Positions 30,001-44,441 of a stretch of 64,000 nucleotides of DNA are shown here, piece after piece. Source of the stretch: Eledone cirrhosa. Taxonomy: Eukaryota. A program made the position numbers and the translations under genes. The stretch is taken from assembly GCA_964016885.1 (NCBI GenBank), contig OZ024744.1, positions 120,962,001 through 121,026,000 of the forward strand, in the 5' to 3' direction. Each line of letters begins with the position of its first letter. Position 1 is the stretch's first letter. Under the pieces are notes generated by a model. It saw nothing but the letters and a program-made list of their open reading frames with translations, ran no database searches and was not told the DNA's origin.

Positions 30001-33000
30001 AATTCAGAGATTCTTTCCTGAGACATTCTAACCACATGTCATAATATCAGAGCTGTGAACTCTCAATTCAGAGATTCTTTCCTGACACATTCTAACCACA
30101 TGTCATAGTATCAGAGCTGTGATCTCTCAATTCAGAGATTCTTTCCTGAGACATTCTAACCACGTCATAGTATCAGAGCTGTGATATCTCAATTCAGAGA
30201 TTCTTTCATGAGACATTCTAACCACATGTCATAGTATCAGAGCTGTGATCTCTCAATTTAGATATTCTTTCCTGAGATATTCTAACCACATGTCATACTA
30301 TTAGAGCTGTGATCTCTCAATTCAGAGATTCTTTCCTGAGACATTCTAACCACATGTCATAGTATCAGAGCTGTGATCTCTCAATTCAGAGATTCTTTCC
30401 TGAGACATTCTAACCACATGTCATAATATCAGAAATGTGATCTCTCAATTCAGAAATTCTTTCCTGAGACATTCTAACCACATGTCATAGTATCAGAGCT
30501 GTGAACTCTCAATTCAGAGATTCTTTCCTGATACATTCTAACCACATGTCATAGTACTAGAGCTGTGATCTCTCAATTCAGAGATTCTTTCCTGAGACAT
30601 TCTAACCACGTCATAGTATCAGAGCTGTGATATCTCAATTCAGAGATTCTTTCATGAGACATTCTAACCACATGTCATAGTATCAGAGCTGTGATCTCTC
30701 AATTCAGAGATTCTTCCCTGAGACATTCTAACCACATGTCATAGTATTAGATCTGTGATCTCTCAATTCAGAGATTCTTTCCTGGGATATTCTAACCACA
30801 TGTCATAGTATCAGAGCTGTGATCTCTCAATTCAGAGATTCTTTCCTGAGACATTCTAACCACATCTCATAGTCTAAGAGCTGTGATATCTCAATTCAGA
30901 GATTCTTTCCTGAGACATTCTAACCACATGTCATAGAATCAGAACTGTGATCTCTCAATTCAGAGATTCTTTCCTGAGACATTCTAACCACATGTCATAG
31001 TATTAGAGCTGTGCTCTCTCAATTCAGAGATTCTTTCCTGAGAAATTCTAACCTCATGTCTGTAGTATCAGAGCTGTGATCTCTCAATTCAGAGAATCTT
31101 TCCTGAGACATTCTAACTCCATGTCCACAGTATCAGAGCTGTGATCTCTCAATTCAGAGATTCTTTCCTGAGACATTCTAACCACATGTCATAGTATCAG
31201 TGCTGTGATCTCTCAATATAGAGATTCTTTCCTGAGATATTCTAACCACATGTCATAGTATCAGAGCTGTGATCTCTCAATTCAGAGATTCTTTCCTGGG
31301 ATATTCTAACCACATGTGATAGTATTAGAGCTGTGATCTCTCAATTCAGAGATTCTTTCCTGAGACATTCTTAACACATGTCATAGTATCAGAGCTGCGA
31401 TCTCTCAATTTAGAGATTCTTTCCTGAGACATTCTAACCACATGTCATAGTATCAGAGCTGTGATATCTCAATTCAGAGATTCTTTCCTGAGATATTCTA
31501 ACCACATGTCATAGTATCAAAGCTGTGATCTCTCAATTCAGAGATTCTTTCCTGAGACATTCTAACCACATGTCATAGTATCAGAACTGTGATCTCTCAA
31601 TTCAGAAATTCTTTCCTGAGACGTTCTAACCACATGTCATAGTATCAGAGCTGTGAACTCTCAATTCAGAGATTCTTTCCTGATACATTCTAACCACATG
31701 TCATAGTATCAGAGCTGTGATCTCTCAATTCAGAGATTCTTTCCTGAGACATTCTAACCACGTCATAGTATCAGAGCTGTGATATCTCAATTCAGAGATT
31801 CTTTCATGAGACATTCTAACCACATGTCATAGTATCAGAGCTGTGATCTCTCAATTTAGATATTCTTTCCTGAGATATTCTAACCACATGTCATAGTATT
31901 AGAGCTGTGATCTCCCAATTCAGAGATTCTTTCCTGAGACATTCTAACCCTATGTCTGTAGTATCAGAGCTGTATGTTCTCAATTCAGAGATTCTTTCCT
32001 GAGATATTCTAACCACATGTCATTGTATCGGAGCTGTGATCTCTCAATTCAGAGATTCTTTCCTGAGACATTCTAACCACATGTCATAGTATTAGTGCTG
32101 TGTTCTCTCAATTCAGAGATTCTTTCCTGAGACATTCTAACCACGTCATAGTATCAGAGCTGTGAACTCTCAATTCAGAGATTCTTTCCTGATACATTCT
32201 AACCACATGTCATAGTATTAGTGCTGTGTTCTCTCAATTCAGAGATTCTTTCCTGAGACATTCTAACCACGTCATAGTATCAGAGCTGTGATCTCTCAAT
32301 TCAGAGATTCTTTCATGAGACATTCTAACCACATGTCATAGTATCAGAGCTGTGATCTCTCAATTCAGAGATTCTTTCCTGAGAACTTCTAACCACATGT
32401 CTGTAGTATCAGAGCTGTGATCTCTCAATTCAGAGATTCTTTCCTGAGATATTCTAACCACATGTCATAGTATCAGAGCTGTGATCTCTCAATTCAGAGA
32501 TTCTTTCCTGAGACATTCTAACCACATGTCATAGTTTCAGAGCTGTGAACTCTCAATTCAGAGATTCTTTCCTGATACATTCTAACCACATGTCATAGTA
32601 TCAGAGCTGTGATCTCTCAATTCAGAGATTCTTTCCTGAGACATTCTAACCACGTCATAGTATCAGAGCTGTGATATCTCAATTCAGAGATTCTTTCATG
32701 AGACATTCTAACCACATGTCATAGTATCAGAGCTGTGATCTCTCAATTTAGATATTCTTTCATGAGACATTCTAACCACATGTCATAGTATCAGAGCTGT
32801 GAACTCTCAATTCAGAGATTCTTTCCTGATACATTCTAACCACATGTCATAGTATTAGAGCTGTGATCTCTCAATTCAGAGATTCTTTCCTGAGACATTC
32901 TAACCACGTCATAGTATCAGAGCTGTGATATCTCAATTCAGAGATTCTTTCATGAGACATTCTAACCACATGTCATAGTATCAGAGCTGTGATCTCTCAA

Positions 33001-36000
33001 TTTAGATATTCTTTCCTGAGATATTCTAACCACATGTCATAGTATTAGAGCTGTGATCTCTTAATTCAGAGATTCTTTCCTGAGACATTCTAACCACATG
33101 TCATAGTATCAGAGCTGTGATCTCTCAATTCAGAGATTCTTTCCTGAGACATTCTAACCACGTCATAGTATCAGAGCTGTGATATCTCAATTCAGAGATT
33201 CTTCCCTGAGACATTCTAACCACATGTCATAGTATCAGAGCTGTGAACTCTCAATTCAGAGATTCTTTCCTGATACATTCTAACCACATGTCATAGTATC
33301 AGAGCTGTGATCTCTCAATTCAGAGATTCTTTCCTGAGACATTCTAACCACATGTCATAGTATTAGTGCTGTGTTCTCTCAATTCAGAGATTCTTTCCTG
33401 AGACATTCTAACCACGTCATAGTATCAGAGCTGTGATCTCTCAATTCAGAGATTCTTTCATGAGACATTCTAACCACATGTCATAGTATCAGAGCTGTGA
33501 TCTCTCAATTCAGAGATTCTTTCCTGAGAACTTCTAACCACATGTCTGTAGTATCAGAGCTGTGATCTCTCAATTCAGAGATTCTTTCCTGAGATATTCT
33601 AACCACATGTCATAGTATCAGAGCTGTGATCTCTCAATTCAGAGATTCTTTCCTGAGACATTCTAACCACATGTCATAGTTTCAGAGCTGTGAACTCTCA
33701 ATTCAGAGATTCTTTCCTGATACATTCTAACCACATGTCATAGTATCAGAGCTGTGATCTCTCAATTCAGAGATTCTTTCCTGAGACATTCTAACCACGT
33801 CATAGTATCAGAGCTGTGATATCTCAATTCAGAGATTCTTTCATGAGACATTCTAACCACATGTCATAGTATCAGAGCTGTGATCTCTCAATTTAGATAT
33901 TCTTTCATGAGACATTCTAACCACATGTCATAGTATCAGAGCTGTGAACTCTCAATTCAGAGATTCTTTCCTGATACATTCTAACCACATGTCATAGTAT
34001 TAGAGCTGTGATCTCTCAATTCAGAGATTCTTTCCTGAGACATTCTAACCACGTCATAGTATCAGAGCTGTGATATCTCAATTCAGAGATTCTTTCATGA
34101 GACATTCTAACCACATGTCATAGTATCAGAGCTGTGATCTCTCAATTTAGATATTCTTTCCTGAGATATTCTAACCACATGTCATAGTATTAGAGCTGTG
34201 ATCTCTTAATTCAGAGATTCTTTCCTGAGACATTCTAACCACATGTCATAGTATCAGAGCTGTGATCTCTCAATTCAGAGATTCTTTCCTGAGACATTCT
34301 AACCACGTCATAGTATCAGAGCTGTGATATCTCAATTCAGAGATTCTTCCCTGAGACATTCTAACCACATGTCATAGTATCAGAGCTGTGAACTCTCAAT
34401 TCAGAGATTCTTTCCTGATACATTCTAACCACATGTCATAGTATCAGAGCTGTGATCTCTCAATTCAGAGATTCTTTCCTGAGACATTCTAACCACGTCA
34501 TAGTATCAGAGCTGTGATATCTCAATTCAGAGATTCTTTCATGAGACATTCTAACCACATGTCATAGTATCAGAGCTGTGATCTCTCAATTTAGATATTC
34601 TTTCATGAGACATTCTAACCACATGTCATAGTATCAGAGCTGTGAACTCTCAATTCAGAGATTCTTTCCTGATACATTCTAACCACATGTCATAGTATTA
34701 GAGCTGTGATCTCTCAATTCAGAGATTCTTTCCTGGGACATTCTAACCACGTCATAGTATCAGAGCTGTGATATCTCAATTCAGAGATTCTTTCATGAGA
34801 CATTCTAACCACATGTCATAGTATCAGAGCTGTGATCTCTCAATTTAGATATTCTTTCCTGAGATATTCTAACCACATGTCATAGTATTAGAGCTGTGAT
34901 CTCTCAATTCAGAGATTCTTTCCTGAGACATTCTAACCACATGTCATAGTATCAGAGCTGTGATCTCTCAATTCAGAGATTCTTTCCTGAGACATTCTAA
35001 CCACATGTCATAGTATCAGAGCTGTGAACTCTCAATTCAGAGATTCTTTCCTGATACATTCTAACCACATGTCATAGTACTAGAGCTGTGAGCTCTCAAT
35101 TCAGAGATTCTTTCCTGAGACATTCTAACCACGTCATAGTATCAGAGCTGTGATATCTCAATTCAGAGATTCTTTCATGAGACATTCTAACCACATGTCA
35201 TAGTATCAGAGCTGTGATCTCTCAATTCAGAGATTCTTCCCTGAGACATTCTAACCACATGTCATAGTATTAGATCTGTGATCTCTCAATTCAGAGATTC
35301 TTTCCTGGGATATTCTAATCACATGTCATAGTATCAGAGCTGTGATCTCTCTATTCAGAGATTCTTTCCTGAGACATTCTAACCACATCTCATAGTCTAA
35401 GAGCTGTGATATCTCAATTCAGAGATTCTTTCCTGAGACATTCTAACCACATGTCATAGAATCAGAACTGTGATCTCTCAATTCAGAGATTCTTTCCTGA
35501 GACATTCTAACCACATGTCATAGTATTAGAGCTGTGATCTCTCAATTCAGAGATTCTTTCCTGAGACATTCTTACCACATGTCATAGTATCAGAGCTGTG
35601 ATCTCTCAATTTAGAGATTCTTTCCTGAGACATTCTAACCACATGTCATAGTATCAGATCTGTGATATCTCAATTCAGAGATTCTTTCCTGAGATATTCT
35701 AACCACATGTCATAGTATCAAAGCTGTGATCTCTCAATTCAGAGATTCTTTCCTGAGACATTCTAACCACATGTCATAATATCAGAACTGTGATCTGATC
35801 TCTCAATTCAGAAATTCTTTCCTGAGACATTCTAACCACATGTCATAGTATCAGAGCTGTGAACTCTCAATTCAGAGATTCTTTCCTGACACATTCTAAC
35901 CACATGTCATAGTATCAGAGCTGTGATCTCTCAATTCAGAGATTCTTTCCTGAGACATTCTAACCACATGTCATAATATCAGAAATGTGATCTCTCAATT

Positions 36001-39000
36001 CAGAAATTCTTTCCTGAGACATTCTAACCACATGTCATAGTATCAGAGCTGTGAACTCTCAATTCAGAGATTCTTTCCTGATACATTCTAACCACATGTC
36101 ATAGTACTAGAGCTGTGATCTCTCAATTCAGAGATTCTTTCCTGAGACATTCTAAGCACGTCATAGTATCAGAGCTGTGATATCTCAATTCAGAGATTCT
36201 TTCATGAGACATTCTAACCACATGTCATAGTATCAGAGCTGTGATCTCTCAATTCAGAGATTCTTCCCTGAGACATTCTAACCACATGTCATAGTATTAG
36301 ATCTGTGATCTCTCAATTCAGAGATTCTTTCCTGGGATATTCTAACCACATGTCATAGTATCAGAGCTGTGATCTCTCAATTCAGAGATTCTTTCCTGAG
36401 ACATTCTAACCACATCTCATAGTCTAAGAGCTGTGATATCTCAATTCAGAGATTCTTTCCTGAGACATTCTAACCACATGTCATAGTATTAGAGCTGTGC
36501 TCTCTCAATTCAGAGATTCTTTCCTGAGAAATTCTAACCTCATGTCTGTAGTATCAGAGCTGTGATCTCTCAATTCAGAGAATCTTTCCTGAGACATTCT
36601 AACTCCATGTCCACAGTATCAGAGCTGTGATCTCTCAATTCAGAGATTCTTTCCTGAGACATTCTAACCACATGTCATAGTATCAGTGCTGTGATCTCTC
36701 AATATAGAGATTCTTTCCTGAGATATTCTAACCACATGTCATAGTATCAGAGCTGTGATCTCTCAATTCAGAGATTCTTTCCTGGGATATTCTAACCACA
36801 TGTGATAGTATTAGAGCTGTGATCTCTCAATTCAGAGATTCTTTCCTGAGACATTCTTAACACATGTCATAGTATCAGAGCTGTGATCTCTCAATTTAGA
36901 TATTCTTTCATGAGACATTCTAACCACATGTCATAGTATCAGAGCTGTGAACTCTCAATTCAGAGATTCTTTCCTGATACATTCTAACCACATGTCATAG
37001 TATTAGAGCTGTGATCTCTCAATTCAGAGATTCTTTCCTGAGACATTCTAACCACGTCATAGTATCAGAGCTGTGATATCTCAATTCAGAGATTCTTTCA
37101 TGAGACATTCTAACCACATGTCATAGTATCAGAGCTGTGATCTCTCAATTTAGATATTCTTTCCTGAGATATTCTAACCACATGTCATAGTATTAGAGCT
37201 GTGATCTCTCAATTCAGAGATTCTTTCCTGAGACATTCTAACCACATGTCATAGTATCAGAGCTGTGATCTCTCAATTCAGAGATTCTTTCCTGAGACAT
37301 TCTAACCACATGTCATAATATCAGAAATGTGATCTCTCAATTCAGAAATTCTTTCCTGAGACATTCTAACCACATGTCATAGTGTCAGAGCTGTGAACTC
37401 TCAATTCAGAGATTCTTTCCTGATACATTCTAACCACATGTCATAGTACTAGAGCTGTGATCTCTCAATTCAGAGATTCTTTCCTGAGACATTCTAACCA
37501 CGTCATAGTATCAGAGCTATGATATCTCAATTCAGAGATTCTTTCATGAGACATTCTAACCACATGTCATAGTATCAGAGCTGTGATCTCTCAATTCAGA
37601 GATTCTTCCCTGAGACATTCTAACCACATGTCATAGTATTAGATCTGTGATCTCTCAATTCAGAGATTCTTTCCTGGGATATTCTAATCACATGTCATAG
37701 TATCAGAGCTGTGATCTCTCAATTCAGAGATTCTTTCCTGAGACATTCTAACCACATCTCATAGTCTAAGAGCTGTGATATCTCAATTCAGAGATTCTTT
37801 CCTGAGACATTCTAACCACATGTCATAGAATCAGAACTGTGATCTCTCAATTCAGAGATTCTTTCCTGAGACATTCTAACCACATGTCATAGTATTAGAG
37901 CTGTGATCTCTCAATTCAGAGATTCTTTCCTGAGACATTCTTACCACATGTCATAGTATCAGAGCTGTGATCTCTCAATTTAGAGATTCTTTCCTGAGAC
38001 ATTCTATCCACATGTCATAGTATCAGATCTGTGAACTCTCAATTCAGAGATTCTTTCCTGACACATTCTAACCACATGTCATAGTATCAGAGCTGTGATC
38101 TCTCAATTCAGAGATTCTTTCCTGAGACATTCTAACCACATGTCATAATATCAGAAATGTGATCTCTCAATTCAGAAATTCTTTCCTGAGACATTCTAAC
38201 CACATGTCATAGTATCAGAGCTGTGAACTCTCAATTCAGAGATTCTTTCCTGATACATTCTAACCACATGTCATAGTACTAGAGCTGTGATCTCTCAATT
38301 CAGAGATTCTTTCCTGAGACATTCTAAGCACGTCATAGTATCAGAGCTGTGATATCTCAATTCAGAGATTCTTTCATGAGACATTCTAACCACATGTCAT
38401 AATATCAGAGCTGTGATGTCTCAATTCAGAGATTCTTCCCTGAGACATTCTAACCACATGTCATAGTATTAGATCTGTGATCTCTCAATTCAGAGATTCT
38501 TTCCTGGGATATTCTAACCACATGTCATAGTATCAGAGCTGTGATCTCTCAATTCAGAGATTCTTTCCTGAGACATTCTAACCACATCTCATAGTCTAAG
38601 AGCTGTGATATCTCAATTCAGAGATTCTTTCCTGAGACATTCTAACCACATGTCATAGTATTAGAGCTGTGCTCTCTCAATTCAGAGATTCTTTCCTGAG
38701 AAATTCTAACCTCATGTCTGTAGTATCAGAGCTGTGATCTCTCAATTCAGAGAATCTTTCCTGAAACATTCTAACTCCATGTCCACAGTATCAGAGCTGT
38801 GATCTCTCAATTCAGAGATTCTTTCCTGAGACATTCTAACCACATGTCATAGTATCAGTGCTGTGATCTCTCAATATAGAGATTCTTTCCTGAGATATTC
38901 TAACCACATGTCATAGTATCAGAGCTGTGATCTCTCAATTCAGAGATTCTTTCCTGGGATATTCTAACCACATGTGATAGTATTAGAGCTGTGATCTCTC

Positions 39001-42000
39001 AATTCAGAGATTCTTTCCTGAGACATTCTTAACACATGTCATAGTATCAGAGCTGTGATCTCTCAATTTAGAGATTCTTTCCTGAGACATTCTAACCACA
39101 TGTCATAGTATCAGAGCTGTGATATCTCAATTCAGAGATTCTTTCCTGAGATATTCTAACCACATGTCATAGTATCAAAGCTGTGATCTCTCAATTCAGA
39201 GATTCTTTCCTGAGACATTCTAACCACATGTCATAGTATCAGAACTGTGATCTCTCAATTCAGAAATTCTTTCCTGAGACGTTCTAACCACATGTCATAG
39301 TATCAGAGCTGTGAACTCTCAATTCAGAGATTCTTTCCTGATACATTCTAACCACATGTCATAGTATCAGAGCTGTGATCTCTCAATTCAGAGATTCTTT
39401 CCTGAGACATTCTAACCACGTCATAGTATCAGAGCTGTGATATCTCAATTCAGAGATTCTTTCATGAGACATTCTAACCACATGTCATAGTATCAGAGCT
39501 GTGATCTCTCAATTTAGATATTCTTTCCTGAGATATTCTAACCACATGTCATAGTATTAGAGCTGTGATCTCCCAATTCAGAGATTCTTTCCTGAGACAT
39601 TCTAACCCTATGTCTGTAGTATCAGAGCTGTATGTTCTCAATTCAGAGATTCTTTCCTGAGACATTCTAACCACATGTCATTGTATCGGAGCTGTGATCT
39701 CTCAATTCAGAGATTCTTTCCTGAGACATTCTAACCACATGTCATAGTATCAGAGCTGTGAACTCTCAATTCAGAGATTCTTTCCTGATACATTCTAACC
39801 ACATGTCAATGTATTAGTGCTGTGTTCTCTCAATTCAGAGATTCTTTCCTGAGACATTCTAACCACGTCATAGTATCAGAGCTGTGATCTCTCAATTCAG
39901 AGATTCTTTCATGAGACATTCTAACCACATGTCATAGTATCAGAGCTGTGATCTCTCAATTCAGAGATTCTTTCCTGAGAACTTCTAACCACATGTCTGT
40001 AGTATCAGAGCTGTGATCTCTCAATTCAGAGATTCTTTCCTGAGATATTCTAACCACATGTCATAGTATCAGAGCTGTGATCTCTCAATTCAGAGATTCT
40101 TTCCTGAGACATTCTAACCACATGTCATAGTATCAGAGCTGTGAACTCTCAATTCAGAGATTCTTTCCTGATACATTCTAACCACATGTCATAGTATCAG
40201 AGCTGTGATCTCTCAATTCAGAGATTCTTTCCTGAGACATTCTAACCACGTCATAGTATCAGAGCTGTGATATCTCAATTCAGAGATTCTTTCATGAGAC
40301 ATTCTAACCACATGTCATAGTATCAGAGCTGTGATCTCTCAATTTAGATATTCTTTCATGAGACATTCTAACCACATGTCATAGTATCAGTGCTGTGAAC
40401 TCTCAATTCAGAGATTCTTTCCTGATACATTCTAACCACATGTCATAGTATTAGATCTGTGATCTCTCAATTCAGAGATTCTTTCCTGAGACATTCTAAC
40501 TCCATGTCCACAGTATCAGAGCTGTGATCTCTCAATTCAGAGATTCTTTCCTGAGACATTCTAACCACATATCATAGTATCAGTGCTGTGATCTCTCAAT
40601 ATAGAGATTCTTTCCTGAGATATTCTAACCACATGTCATAGTATCAGAGCTGTGATCTCTCAATTCAGAGATTCTTTCCTGGGATATTCTAACCACATGT
40701 CATAGTATCAGAGCTGTGATCTCTCAATTCAGATATTCTTTCCTGAGACATTCTAACCACATGTCATAGGATCAGAGTTGTGATCTCTCAATTCAGAGAT
40801 TCTTTCCTGAGATATTCTAACCACATGTCATAGTATCAGGGCTGTGATCTCTCAATTCAGAGATTCTTTCCTGAGACATTCTAACCACATGTCATAGTAT
40901 TAGAGCTGTGATCTCTCAATTCAGAGATTCTTTCCTGAGACATTCTAACCACATGTCATAGTATCAGAGCTGTGATCTCTCAATTCAGAGATTCTTTCCT
41001 GAGACATTCTAACCACATGTCATTGTATCAGAAATGTGATCTCTCAATTCAGAAATTCTTTCCTGAGACATTCTAACCACATGTCATAGTATCAGAGCTG
41101 TGAACTCTCAATTCAGAGATTCTTTCCTGATACATTCTAACCACATGTCATAGTACTAGAGCTGTGATCTCTCAATTCAGAGATTCTTTCCTGAGACATT
41201 CTAACCACGTCATAGTATCAGAGCTGTGATATCTCAATTCAGAGATTCTTTCATGAGACATTCTAACCACATGTCATAGTATCAGAGCTGTGATCTCTCA
41301 ATTCAGAGATTCTTCCCTGAGACATTCTAACCACATGTCATAGTATTAGATCTGTGATCTCTCAATTCAGAGATTCTTTCCTGGGATATTCTAACCACAT
41401 GTCATAGTATCAGAGCTGTGATCTCTCAATTCAGAGATTCTTTGCTGAGACATTCTAACCACATGTCATAGTATCAGTGCTGTGATCTCTCAATATAGAG
41501 ATTCTTTCCTGAGATATTCTAACCACATGTCATAGTATCAGAGCTGTGATCTCTCAATTCAGAGATTCTTTCCTGGGATATTCTAACCACATGTCATAGT
41601 ATCAGAGCTGTGATCTCTCAATTCAGATATTCTTTCCTGAGACATTCTAACCACATGTCATAGGATCAGAGTTGTGATCTCTCAATTCAGAGATTCTTTC
41701 CTGAGATATTCTAACCACATGTCATAGTATCAGGGCTGTGATCTCTCAATTCAGAGATTCTTTCCTGAGACATTCTAACCACATGTCATAGTATTAGATC
41801 TGTGATCTCTCAATTCAGAGATTCTTTCCTGAGACATTCTAACCACATGTCATAGTATCAGAGCTGTGATCTCTCAATTCAGAGATTCTTTCCTGAGACA
41901 TTCTAACCACATGTCATTGTATCAGAAATGTGATCTCTCAATTCAGAAATTCTTTCCTGAGACATTCTAACCACATGTCATAGTATCAGAGCTGTGAACT

Positions 42001-44317
42001 CTCAATTCAGAGATTCTTTCCTGATACATTCTAACCACATGTCATAGTACTAGAGCTGTGATCTCTCAATTCAGAGATTCTTTCCTGAGACATTCTAACC
42101 ACGTCATAGTATCAGAGCTGTGATATCTCAATTCAGAGATTCTTTCATGAGACATTCTAACCACATGTCATAGTATCAGAGCTGTGATCTCTCAATTCAG
42201 AGATTCTTCCCTGAGACATTCTAACCACATGTCATAGTATTAGATCTGTGATCTCTCAATTCAGAGATTCTTTCCTGGAATATTCTAACCACATGTCATA
42301 GTATCAGAGCTGTGATCTCTCAATTCAGAGATTCTTTCCTGAGACATTCTAACCACATCTCATAGTCTAAGAGCTGTGATATCTCAATTCAGAGATTCTT
42401 TCCTGAGACATTCTAACCACATGTCATAGAATCAGAGCTGTGATCTCTCAATTCAGAGATTCTTTCCTGAGACATTCTAACCACATGTCATAGTATTAGA
42501 GCTGTGATCTCTCAATTCAGAGATTCTATCCTGAGAAATTCTAACCTCATGTCTGTAGTATCAGAGCTGTGATCTCTCAATTCAGAGAATCTTTCCTGAG
42601 ACATTCTAACCATATGTCATAGTATCAGTGCTGTGATCTCTCAATATAGAGATTCTTTCCTGAGATATTCTAACCACATGTGATAGTATCAGAGCTGTGA
42701 TCTCTCAATTCAGATATTCTTTCCTGAGACATTCTAACCACATGTCATAGGATCAGAGTTGTGATCTCTCAATTCAGAGATTCTTTCCTGAGATATTCTA
42801 ACCACATGTCATAGGATCAGAGTTGTGATCTCTCAATTCAGAGATTCTTTCCTGAGATATTCTAACCACATGTCATAGTATCAGAACTGTGATCTCTCAA
42901 TTCAGAAATTCTTTCCTGAGACATTCTAACCACATGTCATAGTATCAGAGCTGTGAACTCTCAATTCAGAGATTCTTTCCTGATATATTCTAACCACATG
43001 TCATAGTATCAGAGCTGTGATCTCTCAATTCAGAGATTCTTTCCTGAGACATACTAACCACATCATAGTATCAGAGCTGTGATATCTCAATTCAGAGATT
43101 CTTTCATGAGACATTCTAACCACATGTCATAGTATCAGAGCTGTGATCTCTCAATTTAGATATTCTTTCCTGAGATATTCTAACCACATGTCATAGTATT
43201 AGAGCTGTGATCTCTCAATTCACAGATTCTTTCCTGAGACATTCTAACCCTATGTCTGTAGTATCAGAGCTGTATGCTCTCAATTCAGAGATTCTTTCCT
43301 GAGACATTCTAACCACATGTCATATTATCGGAGCTGTGATCTCTCAATTCAGAGATTCTTTCCTGAGACATTCTAACCACATGTCATAGTATCAGAGCTG
43401 TGATCTCTCAATTCAGAGATTCTTTCCTCAGACATTCTAAGCACATGTCATAATATCAGAGCTGTGATCTCTCAATTCAGAGATTCTTTCCTGAGACATT
43501 CTAACCACATGTCATAGTATCAGATCTGTGATCTCTCAATTCAGAGATTCTTTCCTGGGATATTCTAACCACATGTCATAGTATCAGAGCTGTGATCTCT
43601 CAATTCAGAGATTCTTTCCTGAGACATTCTAACCCCATCACATAGTATCAGAGCTGTGATCTCTCAATTCAGAGATTCTTTCCTGAGACATTCTAACCAC
43701 ATGTCATAGCATCAGAGCTGTGATATCTCAATTCAGAGATTCTTTCCTGAGATATTCTAACCACATGTCATACTATCAGAGCTGTGATCTCTCAATTCAG
43801 AGATTCTTTCCTGAGACATTCTAACCACATGTCATAGTATCAGAGCTGTGATCTCTTAATTTAGAGATTCTTTCATGAGATATTCTAACCACATGTCATA
43901 GTATCAGAGCTGTGATCTCTCAATTCAGAGATTCTTTCCTGAGACATTCTAACCACATGTCATAGTATTAGAGCTGTGATCTCTCAATTCAGAGATTCTT
44001 TCCTGAGAAATTCTAACCACATGTCTGTAGTATCAGAGCTGTGATCTCTCAATTCAAAGATTCTTTCCTGAGACATTCTAACTCCAGGTCTACCGTATCA
44101 GAGCTGTTATCTCTCAATTCAGAGATTCTTTCCTGAGACATTCTAACCACATGTCATAGTATGAGTGCTGTGATCTCTCAATTCAGAAATTCTTTCCTGA
44201 GACATTCTAACCACATGTCATAGTATCAGAGCTGTGATCTCTCATTTCAGAGATTCTTTCCTGAGACATTCTAACCACATGTCATAGTATCAGAACTGTG
44301 AGCTCTCATTTCAGAGA
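1..44317. repeat. 64-bp satellite array (~690 monomers, continues left of the window), derived from RTE-LINE RT coding sequence
   Basis: Consensus AGATTCTTTCCTGAGACATTCTAACCACATGTCATAGTATCAGAGCTGTGATCTCTCAATTCAG, period 64 (e.g. 191 to 255). There are 62-bp (CCACGTCAT) and 65-bp (GTCTGTAG, GTCCACAG) variants. The array is uninterrupted up to 44317. Confidence 0.99.
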
Positions 44318-44441
44318 AGTATTGGCTCTACCAGGAGGAACTCTCTGATCTCCAAGCTAGACACTTTATCAAGTAACGTTATTCCAAAGACCCTTCGGAG
44401 GAATCCCATTTCGGCCGCTTGTATTCGTGATAGTATTCTTT
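44318..44441 (-). mobile_element. 5'-truncated RTE-clade (Rex3/Expander-like) LINE fragment, in frame with the satellite
   Basis: The minus strand translates RILSRIQAAEMGFLRRVFGITLLDKVSSLEIREFLLVEPILL and then enters the monomer. This matches the RTE post-RT motif RIQAAEMxFLRRVxGxxLxDxVxSxxxRExLxVEPLLLxIERSQLRWxGHxxRM. Confidence 0.88.

Noticed and set aside
1-44317. CRISPR-like array
   Set aside because: There are no unique spacers; monomers are head-to-tail with only point variants, no cas genes are present, and the context is eukaryotic.
1-44317. Hammerhead within the 64-bp monomer (CTGA... GACAT/ATGTC stem ...GAAAGAATCTC)
   Set aside because: There is no CUGANGA core and no stem I. The LINE-coding origin explains the sequence better.
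1-44317. Tandem C2H2 zinc-finger or other repetitive protein gene
   Set aside because: The period of 64 is not a multiple of 3, stops recur in every unit, and the track shows no ORF here.
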